From Limisphaerales bacterium (GTDB lineage: Bacteria; Verrucomicrobiota; Verrucomicrobiia; Limisphaerales; SIBE01), in assembly GCA_044225505.1 (NCBI GenBank), contig JBGAIN010000018.1:5353-69352 (forward strand): a DNA stretch of 64,000 nt. Reading direction: 5' to 3'. This document shows, one piece after another, positions 1 through 9,608 of this stretch. Under the pieces are notes generated by a model. The model ran no database searches. It was not told where the DNA came from and saw only the letters and a list, made by a program, of their open reading frames with translations. How positions within the stretch are numbered: position 1 is the stretch's first letter; every line of letters begins with the position of its first letter. Both the position numbers and the translations under genes were made by a program.

Positions 1-1
1 T

Positions 2-391
2 CTCACCGCCGCTCGAGTCGAGACGCGGAAAGCGCTCGCTGATCATATCGTAGACGGTAACCACCAGTGGCACCTTTCTCTTCGCAACGGCCTTCCCCGA
101 AAGCAGCGAATAGTAGGTGGGATGAATCAGATCCCAGCTTCCGAGGGTTTGAGTCAAATTCCAGTGACACTGAGCCCACGCCCTTCCCGCCTTTTCCGAT
201 CCCAGGATCCGCTTCGGCAAAATCCGACAACGCAGTTTCTTGTTCGAAGGAAAGTTGTTCTCCTGCCTTCCGAACGCAGTTAGCGAAGGAGAAAAATCTT
301 GGGGCAGTCGATCGATAAGGTTGCTAAAATATCGATTCACGCCTCCGGCGCGTTGGATGGAAAAAATAAACCCTTCGTAAAGAACCTTCAT
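2..391 (-). CDS. Glycosyltransferase, GT-B fold (family 4-like), N-terminal part; runs off the window edge
   Basis: Not in the ORF track because it has no stop in the window. Manual translation from ATG at 391 gives MKVLYEGFIFSIQRAGGVNRYFSNLI...DLIHPTYY...PLVVTVYDMISERFP, open to the edge, typical of GT4 N-domains. Confidence 0.85.
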   Translation of the reverse strand, partial: MKVLYEGFIFSIQRAGGVNRYFSNLIDRLPQDFSPSLTAFGRQENNFPSNKKLRCRILPKRILGSEKAGRAWAQCHWNLTQTLGSWDLIHPTYYSLLSGKAVAKRKVPLVVTVYDMISERFPRLDSSGGE

Positions 392-417
392 GGGGGTCGC
401 GAAGTCGAAACTACTCG

Positions 418-1509
418 TCAGCAGGGAACAATGGTCGGGCCAAGCTGCGCCTCGTGGAACCACTGGGTCACCAACTCCGGTATCTTTTGCCCTAGCGTCA
501 GACTTTTCCCCCTCCCGAGTCTTGCGAAAACATGATCACGAGCCGCTTTGGAACCGCCCAATATCTCGCGGATCAAGAAAGCCCTCCGCGCGCCCGCGTT
601 GCTTAAACGTTCCACCTCCCAGCAGACATTACGCAAATCAGCGGCAATGCTACACCACTTTTTGAGCGACTCTAAGGGCAGTTTATCTTTCAGAACCGGT
701 TGCGAAACATGCATAGCGTCCTCGATCATTTCTGTGATCTTGCGGTTGTAATCGCGGGGGTCCTTCGTATTGTTGGCACCATCCTGCCGCGAATGGATAC
801 GCCAGCCACCCCACGTGTCAGGGACATGGATTGTATTCGTAACCAGGGCCACTCTCATACTCCAATGAAAATCTCCCACGCCTCCCCAGCGGTTATTATA
901 AAAGCCGACGTCATCAAACACAGTGCGGCGAACCAAAAGCTGAGTTAAGGTGACGTAAACGCTTTCCCCACACAAATACAACAGACCGTCGAAGGGTGCT
1001 CTCCGTAAATGGCGTTGATTGACCAGTCCATCGCTACTGCGCGCGAAAATCGATGTGGTCTGCCAGTTATTCGTCCGTTCGTTGCCATTTTCGTCAATCA
1101 GCCGAAGAGGACAGTGCGCCAGACCGCACTCCGGGTGGGCTTCCATGGCATTCACCAACGTCTCTAAGAAGTTCGCCGGCATCACGTCGTCGGCACCGAG
1201 CCCGGAAACATACTTGCCTCGAGTTTGTCGGAAGCAATTATTCCAGTTATCGCTCAACGACAAAAATTTGTCATTGTTTGATATTTTGATGCGAGGATCC
1301 AACTTTGCGTACTTTTGCGCAATGGCGAGCGTCCCGTCCGTGCTACAATTGTTGCCGATCAGATAGGTCCAGTTTTGGTAGGACTGCGCGCACACGCTTT
1401 CTATACACTCCGCCAAAAAAGCTTCGCCATTATAGACTGGCGTCATGATCGTGACTGGGGGCTGTTCTTTCATCGAAATAGTGTTGAAGCTACACGTCAT
1501 CCTGTCCAA
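418..1509 (-). CDS. Glycosyltransferase family 2
   Basis: VTIMTPVYNGEAFLAECIESV...NNCSTDGT...LGADD (GT-A DxD-type motifs). Confidence 0.9.
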   Translation of the reverse strand: MDRMTCSFNTISMKEQPPVTIMTPVYNGEAFLAECIESVCAQSYQNWTYLIGNNCSTDGTLAIAQKYAKLDPRIKISNNDKFLSLSDNWNNCFRQTRGKYVSGLGADDVMPANFLETLVNAMEAHPECGLAHCPLRLIDENGNERTNNWQTTSIFARSSDGLVNQRHLRRAPFDGLLYLCGESVYVTLTQLLVRRTVFDDVGFYNNRWGGVGDFHWSMRVALVTNTIHVPDTWGGWRIHSRQDGANNTKDPRDYNRKITEMIEDAMHVSQPVLKDKLPLESLKKWCSIAADLRNVCWEVERLSNAGARRAFLIREILGGSKAARDHVFARLGRGKSLTLGQKIPELVTQWFHEAQLGPTIVPC

Positions 1510-2389
1510 CCCGCCTCGGGCCAGGTCTCGCAGTGCTGTCGCGCTTTGAAGAAAATCCTAGAGAGACCCGGGTCGCTTTCGCCCATCTTCCAGACGCGAG
1601 TCTCTGCAAACCAAGCGGAGTTCCAATGTCCAGATACTCCGCTGATGGGAAAATCACGCTCTGCACCCGCAACCCGCTCTGAAGAGCCGCTTCCACCACA
1701 TGGCCCGCCGTCAGTTCGGGGGGCAGTCCCCGCCCGACTCGCTGAGCTGAGGTTCGCGGACTCTTCAAATAAGTGTGTAAGAATTCGGTAAACCGCGGCG
1801 TCCAAACTGCGAGGAGCCACGTCAGCCTCAGATCAGTCGCCTGCGGCTTAAGCAGGATACGATGCACTTGCCCTTGCTCATCGATCTCGACCATATCCAT
1901 CATTTGAGGGTCATGGGCCTTAAAAAGACCGAGAACAAGTTCAGCCTTGGTTTTCCGCAACCGTTGCAGAGCCTTGCCGAAGGCGTCCATGGCGGTAAAG
2001 AGGATGTCGGGAAATCCTATGGCAATGGTCGCCCCGCGCACGAAAGGGTACGCTTGATCCAGGGTGTAGGGTGGGCCATACGGCGCTCCGACCATCAAAT
2101 AGCCCAAATCCAAACCCACCAGCTTGCCGTCTCCGTAATACTCCGGAATGTCCCACTTGCCTTTTCGAAGAATTAAGAACGCCTTGCTTACCCCGCCTGT
2201 TCGCATCTTCTCCAAAAGGTGTTCGGAGACGAGCTGTAACCTGGCTTTCCCATTTCCAAACTGACCGACTCCCACGGGCAGCAACTCTTTGCTGCAAGGC
2301 AGCGGCGAAATTCGAGTCGCGTAGCCTCCGCATGGGATCAAACCGATTACATCCTTATTTCGCATGAAAGACGGCCTAGACAGAGTCAA
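1490..2389 (-). CDS. Sugar-1-phosphate nucleotidyltransferase (dTDP-glucose pyrophosphorylase-like)
   Basis: GLIPCGGYATRISPLPCSKELLPVG N-terminal motif, GFPDILF, YLDIGTP. Confidence 0.8.
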   Translation of the reverse strand: MTLSRPSFMRNKDVIGLIPCGGYATRISPLPCSKELLPVGVGQFGNGKARLQLVSEHLLEKMRTGGVSKAFLILRKGKWDIPEYYGDGKLVGLDLGYLMVGAPYGPPYTLDQAYPFVRGATIAIGFPDILFTAMDAFGKALQRLRKTKAELVLGLFKAHDPQMMDMVEIDEQGQVHRILLKPQATDLRLTWLLAVWTPRFTEFLHTYLKSPRTSAQRVGRGLPPELTAGHVVEAALQSGLRVQSVIFPSAEYLDIGTPLGLQRLASGRWAKATRVSLGFSSKRDSTARPGPRRVGQDDV

Positions 2390-3378
2390 TCGGCTTCGTT
2401 CGTCATCCAGGCAGGAGTCGCGCTCGGATTAAAGTCTCTTTCACTCACGACCTCGGGCTCAATGAATATCCGCCGTTTCCCATCCATGAAATACAACGAG
2501 GGCTGATGGAGAGCTGCCTTGGCAGTGAAAAGTTCTAGAAACTCGCGGCCGGTCAACTCCTCGTTCAGATCAAGGCGGGCTGGTTCCGCACCCACCGAGC
2601 TTAAGCTCCTATCCGCAGGTCGATCGGTGTCATCGTAGAGCCGAACCCGCATATGGACTCGGTTGGAGCCATCAACAAAATAGGCACATGGATACGGCGG
2701 ATAGGTCCGCGCCCGAAGCAGATTGACGATTTCGCTGCCCCGGTATTTTTTCTCCACGGAAATCGCATCTACCTTCGACAGCTCGGCCTTGCGATGGAGG
2801 GTTGCCTTGGAATGATCTTGCGTGCGCCGTTGTTGTGTATCTTCCCTAAGCAAGGGCCATGTTTCTTTAAATAGCTGGACCAGACCGCGGGTAGTTTTTT
2901 CATGAAGCGAGCCGGCGGTGTCTGTCGGCCCCACCATAATCTCCCGTTGGGCAATGACGTCTCCCGTATCCACGCCTTCATCGATATAGTGGATCGTGTA
3001 GCCTGCCGGGGTGCCGTCCAAGAGCGGCCAAACGTTGGTGTGCCATCCCCGGTTCCACGGCAAGAGCGCTGTGTGGAGGTTGATGCAGCCTTTGGGAAAG
3101 ATTTCGAGGAGCTCCGGCTTGAGGATATACCCAAACCAGCCGGAAACACCCATCTCGGGCTTTAACTCACGAATCTGGCGCAGCGTTTCCGGCACGCGCA
3201 ACGCAGGCGCCCGCCAAACTCGATCAGGAGGCAGGTTTAACTCCGACAGGATCTGAGGGGCGAAGCGCTGATCCGACTCAGGCTGAACTATCAGGCCTAC
3301 GATCTCCTCGCCCGATTGGTGGAGCCACTTGGCGATTTGCCATCCACCCCAATTATTCAAGAACAAAAACGTGCGCAT
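2386..3378 (-). CDS. N10-formyl-THF-dependent formyltransferase, likely sugar N-formyltransferase
   Basis: INLHTALLPWNRG and HYIDEGVDTGD retain catalytic Asn/His/Asp; glycan-cluster context. Confidence 0.85.
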   Translation of the reverse strand: MRTFLFLNNWGGWQIAKWLHQSGEEIVGLIVQPESDQRFAPQILSELNLPPDRVWRAPALRVPETLRQIRELKPEMGVSGWFGYILKPELLEIFPKGCINLHTALLPWNRGWHTNVWPLLDGTPAGYTIHYIDEGVDTGDVIAQREIMVGPTDTAGSLHEKTTRGLVQLFKETWPLLREDTQQRRTQDHSKATLHRKAELSKVDAISVEKKYRGSEIVNLLRARTYPPYPCAYFVDGSNRVHMRVRLYDDTDRPADRSLSSVGAEPARLDLNEELTGREFLELFTAKAALHQPSLYFMDGKRRIFIEPEVVSERDFNPSATPAWMTNEAD

Positions 3379-3423
3379 TTTCTAAGTCATCCAAGAATTT
3401 TTCGATCTCGCGCCTGTGCGGAT

Positions 3424-4347
3424 TTACGCCGCCTTCATAGCCGCTGGGCAACAGATCAACCGTTCCACCATCGGATGTGGCATGATTCCGCGCACAGCTT
3501 GAAAATATCGTGTCTGCAGAGCCTTCAATACGGAGCTTTCCGACGACAGCGGAAAACCTTCGATCGACTTGACGGGTAACACTTCAGCCAGGGTACCGCA
3601 CAACGCCAGCTCATCGGCGATCAGCAACTCCGTCCGATCGATCGGCCTTCGGACAAAAGGGATGTTCAGTGAGGCAGCCAGCGCTTCGATGACATCGACG
3701 GTGATACTTTCAAGCGCTCCTTCGCTGGCCGGAGGTGTATACACCGTTCCTTCGCGAACCATCAATATGCAACTGCCGGTGGATTCGGCCACACGCCCCC
3801 ACTGGTTCAGCAAAACCATATCTTGACACCCGACGCGCCGCCCCTCGATCCGAGCCAACCGTCCCACCTGGTAGTTCGTGCCGGTTTTAATGCGTGCGGG
3901 AAGAGAAACGTCTGGGCTTCGGCGCCAGGTGCTAACCCCTAAATCAATCGCCTGCGGCAGTGCCGGGTCCGCTTGATAAGCCGTAACGATGAATTCGGCA
4001 ACTTGATCCTCCCCCCAGTGACCTTGCGTGACAAATAGGGTTGGGCGGAACCACATCTCCTTTCCAGGCTGAAGAAGAGCGCCAGCCAAGTCGGATGCGG
4101 CTTTCGCAAATTCTTCGAAGGAGAGGTCGAATGGAACGTGCAACAACCGGGCAGACCGTTTCAGGCGATTGTAGTGACTCCGAAGCATGACGATGGCAAG
4201 CGAGCCATCGGGTTGCCGGTACCCCTTGAGGCCCTCAAATACGTTTAACCCTCGTATTGCGGCTTCGCATCCCACGTGCAACGTGGCCTTGTCCCAGTCG
4301 CACAGCTGACCACCCATGTACGCGAATTCAGGTTTTTGCAGTTTCAT
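3424..4347 (-). CDS. PLP-dependent aminotransferase class IV (branched-chain amino acid aminotransferase-like)
   Basis: VFEGLKGY, PARIKTGTNY (catalytic Lys), ESTGSCIL, LEGI-like 'ALESIT', CGTLAEVLPV. Confidence 0.85.
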   Translation of the reverse strand: MKLQKPEFAYMGGQLCDWDKATLHVGCEAAIRGLNVFEGLKGYRQPDGSLAIVMLRSHYNRLKRSARLLHVPFDLSFEEFAKAASDLAGALLQPGKEMWFRPTLFVTQGHWGEDQVAEFIVTAYQADPALPQAIDLGVSTWRRSPDVSLPARIKTGTNYQVGRLARIEGRRVGCQDMVLLNQWGRVAESTGSCILMVREGTVYTPPASEGALESITVDVIEALAASLNIPFVRRPIDRTELLIADELALCGTLAEVLPVKSIEGFPLSSESSVLKALQTRYFQAVRGIMPHPMVERLICCPAAMKAA

Positions 4348-4374
4348 TTTGAATTGACAATACTCTTCTCTCGA

Positions 4375-5712
4375 TCACTGAGCTTTTCTTAGTAGTTGAT
4401 GGCTAACCAGACTATCTGCCGCCTGCCTTATAATGTCGAACTTCACACCCGCTCGTTCTGCAATCTCAAGCAGCGTGTTTTCACCATCGGATAGATTTAG
4501 AACCCAAAGCAATGCCATTTCGAAAGCCTTGCCTTGGTTCTGCCCACCCATCGTTGCATACAGACCACGCCTCCCTAATTGCGGTTCGCATTTTGGATTC
4601 TTATTGATAAATCGCTCGTTACCCTCCAAGATCGAAATGACTTGTAGAAGTTTGCCCAACGAGTCTCGCAGGGCATCTGGCCGCACTAACTCCAAATTGT
4701 CCGCAGAGGTGTGATACTCTGGATAGCGCCCATTGGGAGTCCGAAGAAAACATCCCACTGGCAAGTTAAACCCTGGCGAACAGTACTGTCGCTCGTCATA
4801 ACCATACGGCGTGAACTCGAGAACCTCATGGGGTTCCCCAGAATGCTTTAGAACATGAACCGCTGCCCGGTCGATCTCCGCCGTCCCCTGCCGGCTCCTC
4901 TTGTAGGTGCAGTGCCCCGGATCTCCGACACAGCTGAGCACCAGCCCGTGCCTGACTTTTGCCGCTTGCGCTTCATTCTGAGCCAACCAGGTGATCGATC
5001 CAATCGTCCCCGGAATGAAGAGAAACCGATAAGTGAATCGTCGATGTGCTCTTGCCTGGAGCAAGCGCGCCAGGTAGACCGCTACGGCGATTCCCGAAAG
5101 ATTGTCGTTTGCAAGTGACGGATGGCAAACATGACAAGACAATAAAACCTCGGCGCTCTCTTCGCCCGGGAGAATGAACTCGCCATACGTTAGCGAACCA
5201 GGCGCTAAAGTGGAGTCAATGCAAACGTCGTAATCAGCCTCGGCCAAGCGGTTCAGTTGCCTATCGCTCAAGCAAAAGCCCCATCGATCCGCGTAGTAGG
5301 ACGTTCGATAGGGAACCCAGTCCGGGTGGTCCGGGAGCGAATACAAGTGTTTTCTTAGCTCCGAAAGTCCCATTCGCTGACTGACTGGAATGCTATAATT
5401 AAGCACATGAAGATTGCATTTCTTAAAGTCCACCACGCGTTCACCCTGGGGATTTTTAATATACGCATCGCGAATGTTCCACTCCTTCGGGACCGTCCAG
5501 TCGAATACGGGAGTTCCACTCGGGACCTCAACTACGGATAGGGGCAACCGCGACGCCACTCGTCGCAGTGTCTCTCGCACCCCTTCGCCAGTGATACTAC
5601 GGCAGATCGGAAACAGCTCGGCAACGAGCTCGAACATCTCTTGTCCCAACGCTTTCGATGGAAGTTCACTCCACGAAGGGTGCCCGACCGGCGAACCTGG
5701 ATTTGGATTCAT
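4375..5712 (-). CDS. DUF4910/DUF2172 aminopeptidase-like protein with C-terminal winged helix
   Basis: LFPICRSITGEGVRETL, FDWTVPKEWNI, HPSLANDNLSG, GYDERQYCSPGFNLPVG, YHTSADNL; C-terminal LLEIAERAG. Confidence 0.9.
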   Translation of the reverse strand: MNPNPGSPVGHPSWSELPSKALGQEMFELVAELFPICRSITGEGVRETLRRVASRLPLSVVEVPSGTPVFDWTVPKEWNIRDAYIKNPQGERVVDFKKCNLHVLNYSIPVSQRMGLSELRKHLYSLPDHPDWVPYRTSYYADRWGFCLSDRQLNRLAEADYDVCIDSTLAPGSLTYGEFILPGEESAEVLLSCHVCHPSLANDNLSGIAVAVYLARLLQARAHRRFTYRFLFIPGTIGSITWLAQNEAQAAKVRHGLVLSCVGDPGHCTYKRSRQGTAEIDRAAVHVLKHSGEPHEVLEFTPYGYDERQYCSPGFNLPVGCFLRTPNGRYPEYHTSADNLELVRPDALRDSLGKLLQVISILEGNERFINKNPKCEPQLGRRGLYATMGGQNQGKAFEMALLWVLNLSDGENTLLEIAERAGVKFDIIRQAADSLVSHQLLRKAQ

Positions 5713-5727
5713 GGGGGGCGCAGAACC

Positions 5728-6963
5728 TCAACCCACAACTCGCACTTGGGGAATCGGCACAACAAATTGTCCTCCCCATTCTCTTATCGATTTCATTTGA
5801 GTCCGAATCTCCTCCTGCAGGTTCCACGGTAGAATGAGAAGGTAATCGGGCTTCGTTTGCATAATTCTTTCCGGGCCGTGGATCGGAATGCGAGTTCCGG
5901 GCAAGTAGAGACCTTGTTTGTGCGGGCTGCGGTCCACCACATAGTCGATAAAATCCGTTCGCACGCCGCAGTAATTCAAGAGGGTGTTCCCTTTGGCAGC
6001 CGCCCCATACGCCACAACCGTCTTTCCAGCATCCTTCGCCTGAATTAAGAACTGCAACAGTTTTCTCTTTGTCGCTTGGACCTTCTTTGTAAACGCCGCA
6101 TAGGTTTCTGCCGAGGCCAATCCCGCAGCCTTCTCGGCGCTAATTACCTCGTCCACATTCGTCGACCGCTCGCGCGTCCCCGCGTGGCAGGCGAAAATCC
6201 TTAGTGAACCGCCGTGCGTCGGTAATTCCTGCACGTCAAAAATGTCCAAACCGTGCGCAGCAAATACTTTCTCCACGGTCATCAAGGATAAATACGAAAA
6301 GTGCTCGTGGTAGATCGTATCAAACTGATTGTGTTCCACCAACCGTAGCAAGTGAGGAAACTCAATCGTTAACGCCCCGCTAGGCTTGAGGACCAGTTTC
6401 AACCCTTTGACGAAGTCATTCAGATTAGGCACATGGGCCAAAACGTTATTTCCGAGAAGCAAGTCGGCCTGCGTTGCCTGGCCCAGCAACTCACGCGCGG
6501 TCGCTTCGCCGAAGAAACGCACCAGTGTTGGCACTCCCTTCTTTTCCGCAGCCGCTGCGACATTCGCGGCCGGGTCAATTCCCAAAACTGGAATGCCCTG
6601 ATTTACGAAATACTGCAGTAAATAGCCGTCATTTGAGGCGATCTCAATCACCTTGCTCTTGGCATTAAGCCCGAACCTTTGAACGGCCATTGCCACGTAG
6701 TTTTGCGCGTGCTTCAGCCAGGAATCCGAAAACGATGAAAAGTAGGCGTAATGATCGCTGAAGATGTGCTCTGGGCTCTGGCACTCCTGCAACTGGACAA
6801 GCCAACAACTATCACAAACAAGCACATGGAGTGGATAGAATGGCTCCATTTGTGTGAGTTGCTCCGATTTAAGATAATCGTTCGCAACTGGAGACAGCCC
6901 TAGATCAACAAATGTGGTGTTCAGTTTGGAGTTGCAAAACCGGCAGTTCTGAGAGTGCTTCAT
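5728..6963 (-). CDS. NDP-hexose C-methyltransferase (Zn-binding N-domain, SAM domain, C-methyltransferase C-domain)
   Basis: CRFC...CDSC Zn ligands, EIASNDGYLL, FDTIYHEHFSY, YGAAAKGNTLLNYCG. Confidence 0.92.
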   Translation of the reverse strand: MKHSQNCRFCNSKLNTTFVDLGLSPVANDYLKSEQLTQMEPFYPLHVLVCDSCWLVQLQECQSPEHIFSDHYAYFSSFSDSWLKHAQNYVAMAVQRFGLNAKSKVIEIASNDGYLLQYFVNQGIPVLGIDPAANVAAAAEKKGVPTLVRFFGEATARELLGQATQADLLLGNNVLAHVPNLNDFVKGLKLVLKPSGALTIEFPHLLRLVEHNQFDTIYHEHFSYLSLMTVEKVFAAHGLDIFDVQELPTHGGSLRIFACHAGTRERSTNVDEVISAEKAAGLASAETYAAFTKKVQATKRKLLQFLIQAKDAGKTVVAYGAAAKGNTLLNYCGVRTDFIDYVVDRSPHKQGLYLPGTRIPIHGPERIMQTKPDYLLILPWNLQEEIRTQMKSIREWGGQFVVPIPQVRVVG

Positions 6964-7086
6964 GTCTAATTAACTTAGTTTTTATTATGAGCGAGTCTTA
7001 ACTGAGGAACGTCGCCCCTCTGGTCATTTTCCAACTTTCGAGCCACATAGCGACACGACGAAAGCGGGCTAATCATCCGCCGTTTT

Positions 7087-7626
7087 TCAATCCCTAGCGT
7101 CCTGAAGCAATGGCCAGGTGGCGTCCTTTTCACTGACGACAGTCACCGGCAGCGGCCACGGAATGCCAAGAACAGGGTCATTGTAACGAAGTCCACGCTC
7201 CTGGCCCGCCGCGTAGAACTCCCCCATCAGGTAGAGCAGTTCGGACCCGTCCACTAGCGTCTGGTTTCCGTGGGCAAACATGTCGGGGATATAGATTGCC
7301 AATCGATTCTCGGCGCTTAGTTCGAACGCGACGTGTTGCAGATAGGTTGGTGAACCAGGGCGAAGGTCGACGATCACGTCCCAGATAGCTCCGCGAACGC
7401 AGCGAACGAACTTTGGTTCACTCGCGGGTGCCATCGCATAGTGCATGCCACGAACTGTTCCTCTTTTTTCGTTGAAGGACAAATTCGCCTGCACCATCGT
7501 GCTACTCAGTCCACGTTCGGAAAACTCTCTAGCGCAGTAAGCTCGGGCAAAAAAACCTCGCTGGTCGATTTTCTTGTCGAGATCGACTAGAAACGCTCCC
7601 TTCAACTTGGTCTCTTGAAATAGCAT
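7087..7626 (-). CDS. rfbC: NDP-4-keto-6-deoxyhexose 3,5-epimerase (RmlC/RfbC family)
   Basis: DQRGFF, RGMHY, FAHGNQTL, VSEKD; start moved to ATG 7626 (MLFQETKL). Confidence 0.85.
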   Translation of the reverse strand: MLFQETKLKGAFLVDLDKKIDQRGFFARAYCAREFSERGLSSTMVQANLSFNEKRGTVRGMHYAMAPASEPKFVRCVRGAIWDVIVDLRPGSPTYLQHVAFELSAENRLAIYIPDMFAHGNQTLVDGSELLYLMGEFYAAGQERGLRYNDPVLGIPWPLPVTVVSEKDATWPLLQDARD

Positions 7627-7641
7627 GGAAACCAGAATCAA

Positions 7642-8676
7642 TTAATCACTGAGCTTTGTCCAAAAGAAGTCCTTGTCAATCTGTTGCGTCCGAATCAAGT
7701 ACTCCAGTTCTTTGAGCCGCGTAAACGCTCGATGAGTGAATACATCGCGGTTAAGATCGATTCGCTTGAAAAGTTTGTAGAGTTGCTGGACGCCCTTTTC
7801 CACGTTCCACGTACATTCAAACCCAGGCAATCGTGTCGCTGCCTTTTCGAATGATACCCGATAACTTCGATTATCCGCTCCGCTCGTTCCGAATTTCAAA
7901 TCACAGCCTACAAAAGTCCGCGCGATGATTTCGGCAATCTCCCGCACTTTGTAGTTTTGGCGTGTGTCACCAACGTTGAATATCTCGTTATGAATCGCAT
8001 CGATAGGTGCCGCCAAAGCGCAAACGACGGCTCGGCAGATATCAAGGCCGTGAACTAAAGGACGCCAAGGAGAGCCGTCGCTGGTCATCTTAATCTCATT
8101 TGTGGTCCATGCCAGACCACAGAGATTGTTCACCACGAGATCAAATCGTTGCCGGGGGGAAGCCCCAAATGCGGTTGCGTTTCGAAGGAACACCGGGCTG
8201 AACTTGCTATCGGCCAGCTTTTTGACATCTCGTTCCACCAAAGTTTTGCAGACCGCGTATGCAGTTTGAGGATTTGTCGGTGACTCCTCAGTGACAAAAT
8301 CTTCACTCGCCACCCCGTAGACACTGCATGACGAGGTGTATATGAAACGCCTCACGCCAGCACTCTTGGCCAACTGGGCGAGACGAACTGAGCCCTGATG
8401 ATTGATTTGATACGTAATGTTTGGAGAGAGTTCTCCGGTCGGGTCGTTCGAAAGTTCCGCGAGATGGACAACCGCATCAAATCCGCGTAGATCGTCGATC
8501 TCGAGATGTCGGATGTCTTTTGAGAGCGTCTTTGGAGTCGGCAGGGCGGGAGTAAAAAGCCAGCCATCCCTATAGAACCCGGTATCGACACCTGTAACTT
8601 CGTCACCTCTCTGAATTAGCGTGGGAGCGAGCAACGCCCCTAAGTATCCTTCCGTGCCTGTAACTAGAATTTTCAT
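7642..8676 (-). CDS. NAD-dependent epimerase/dehydratase (extended SDR)
   Basis: MKILVTGTEGYLG (GxxGxxG variant), SSCSVYG, YAVCK (YxxxK); start at ATG 8676 rather than ORF-track 8757. Confidence 0.9.
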   Translation of the reverse strand: MKILVTGTEGYLGALLAPTLIQRGDEVTGVDTGFYRDGWLFTPALPTPKTLSKDIRHLEIDDLRGFDAVVHLAELSNDPTGELSPNITYQINHQGSVRLAQLAKSAGVRRFIYTSSCSVYGVASEDFVTEESPTNPQTAYAVCKTLVERDVKKLADSKFSPVFLRNATAFGASPRQRFDLVVNNLCGLAWTTNEIKMTSDGSPWRPLVHGLDICRAVVCALAAPIDAIHNEIFNVGDTRQNYKVREIAEIIARTFVGCDLKFGTSGADNRSYRVSFEKAATRLPGFECTWNVEKGVQQLYKLFKRIDLNRDVFTHRAFTRLKELEYLIRTQQIDKDFFWTKLSD

Positions 8677-8817
8677 TGCATTTGACCTGTCATGCGCCAT
8701 CCCAATAGGCATAAGCGCCCAATAAGTTTTTCGGACTTTATCCAGTGAGCCTACCAAATAACTTAACAGCTTCTGCGCGACTCCGGCTATTCGCGCCCAT
8801 GCCAGCCTCGTCTGGCT

Positions 8818-9591
8818 TTACCAGACTTTCCAAGGGGCTTGGCCCGAGTTCCAGATTTCCTCGAGCATTTGTTTCTCCTTAAGTGTGTCCATGCACGACC
8901 AAAACCCAACATGGCGGTAACCAGCTAGCTGGCCATCATGCGCAAGTTTCTCAACGGGTTCACGCTCCCACGCGATATCATCGCCAGCGATGTATTTCAA
9001 CGCTTCGCGCTGAAGGGCAAAATATCCTCCGTTAATCCACCCTTCTCCCGCCTCGGGCTTTTCACGAAACTCGCGCACCAAAGGCCCGTCGAAGCCGATG
9101 CGTCCAAAGCGCGCCGGAGGCCGAACGGTGGTGATGGTGGCAAGTTTTCCGTGCTCATGGTGATATTTGAGCAGAGCCTGCAGATCGACGTCGGCAACCC
9201 CGTCCCCGTACGCGAACATGAAGGTCTCATCGTCTCCAAGCCAGCGCTCCAGTCGTTTCAGGCGCCCCCCCGTGTTGGTCCTAAGCCCAGTGTCCACCAA
9301 GTGAACCTTCCATTTCGGCTCGTTTCCATGGTGGATGATGGTCTGGCCTGAGGCAAGGTCGATAGAAACATCGTTATTCAGGGCGTAGAGATTCAAGAAA
9401 TACTCTTTAACAATTTCTCCTTTATAGCCTAAAGCAATAATGAACTCCGTGAAGCCATTGGCAGAAAAAATGTTCATGATGTGCCATAACATCGGACGCC
9501 CTCCAATTTCCACCATGGGTTTTGGGCGCAACCCAGTTTCTTCAGACAGTCTTGAACCCAATCCTCCCGCAAGAATGATAGTCTTCATCAC
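8818..9591 (-). CDS. rfbF: Glucose-1-phosphate cytidylyltransferase
   Basis: ILAGGLGSRLSEETGLRPKPMVEIG, TNTGGRLKR, GFWSCMDTLKEK. Confidence 0.93.
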   Translation of the reverse strand: MMKTIILAGGLGSRLSEETGLRPKPMVEIGGRPMLWHIMNIFSANGFTEFIIALGYKGEIVKEYFLNLYALNNDVSIDLASGQTIIHHGNEPKWKVHLVDTGLRTNTGGRLKRLERWLGDDETFMFAYGDGVADVDLQALLKYHHEHGKLATITTVRPPARFGRIGFDGPLVREFREKPEAGEGWINGGYFALQREALKYIAGDDIAWEREPVEKLAHDGQLAGYRHVGFWSCMDTLKEKQMLEEIWNSGQAPWKVW

Positions 9592-9608
9592 TATTTAGTG
9601 TTTCTGCT

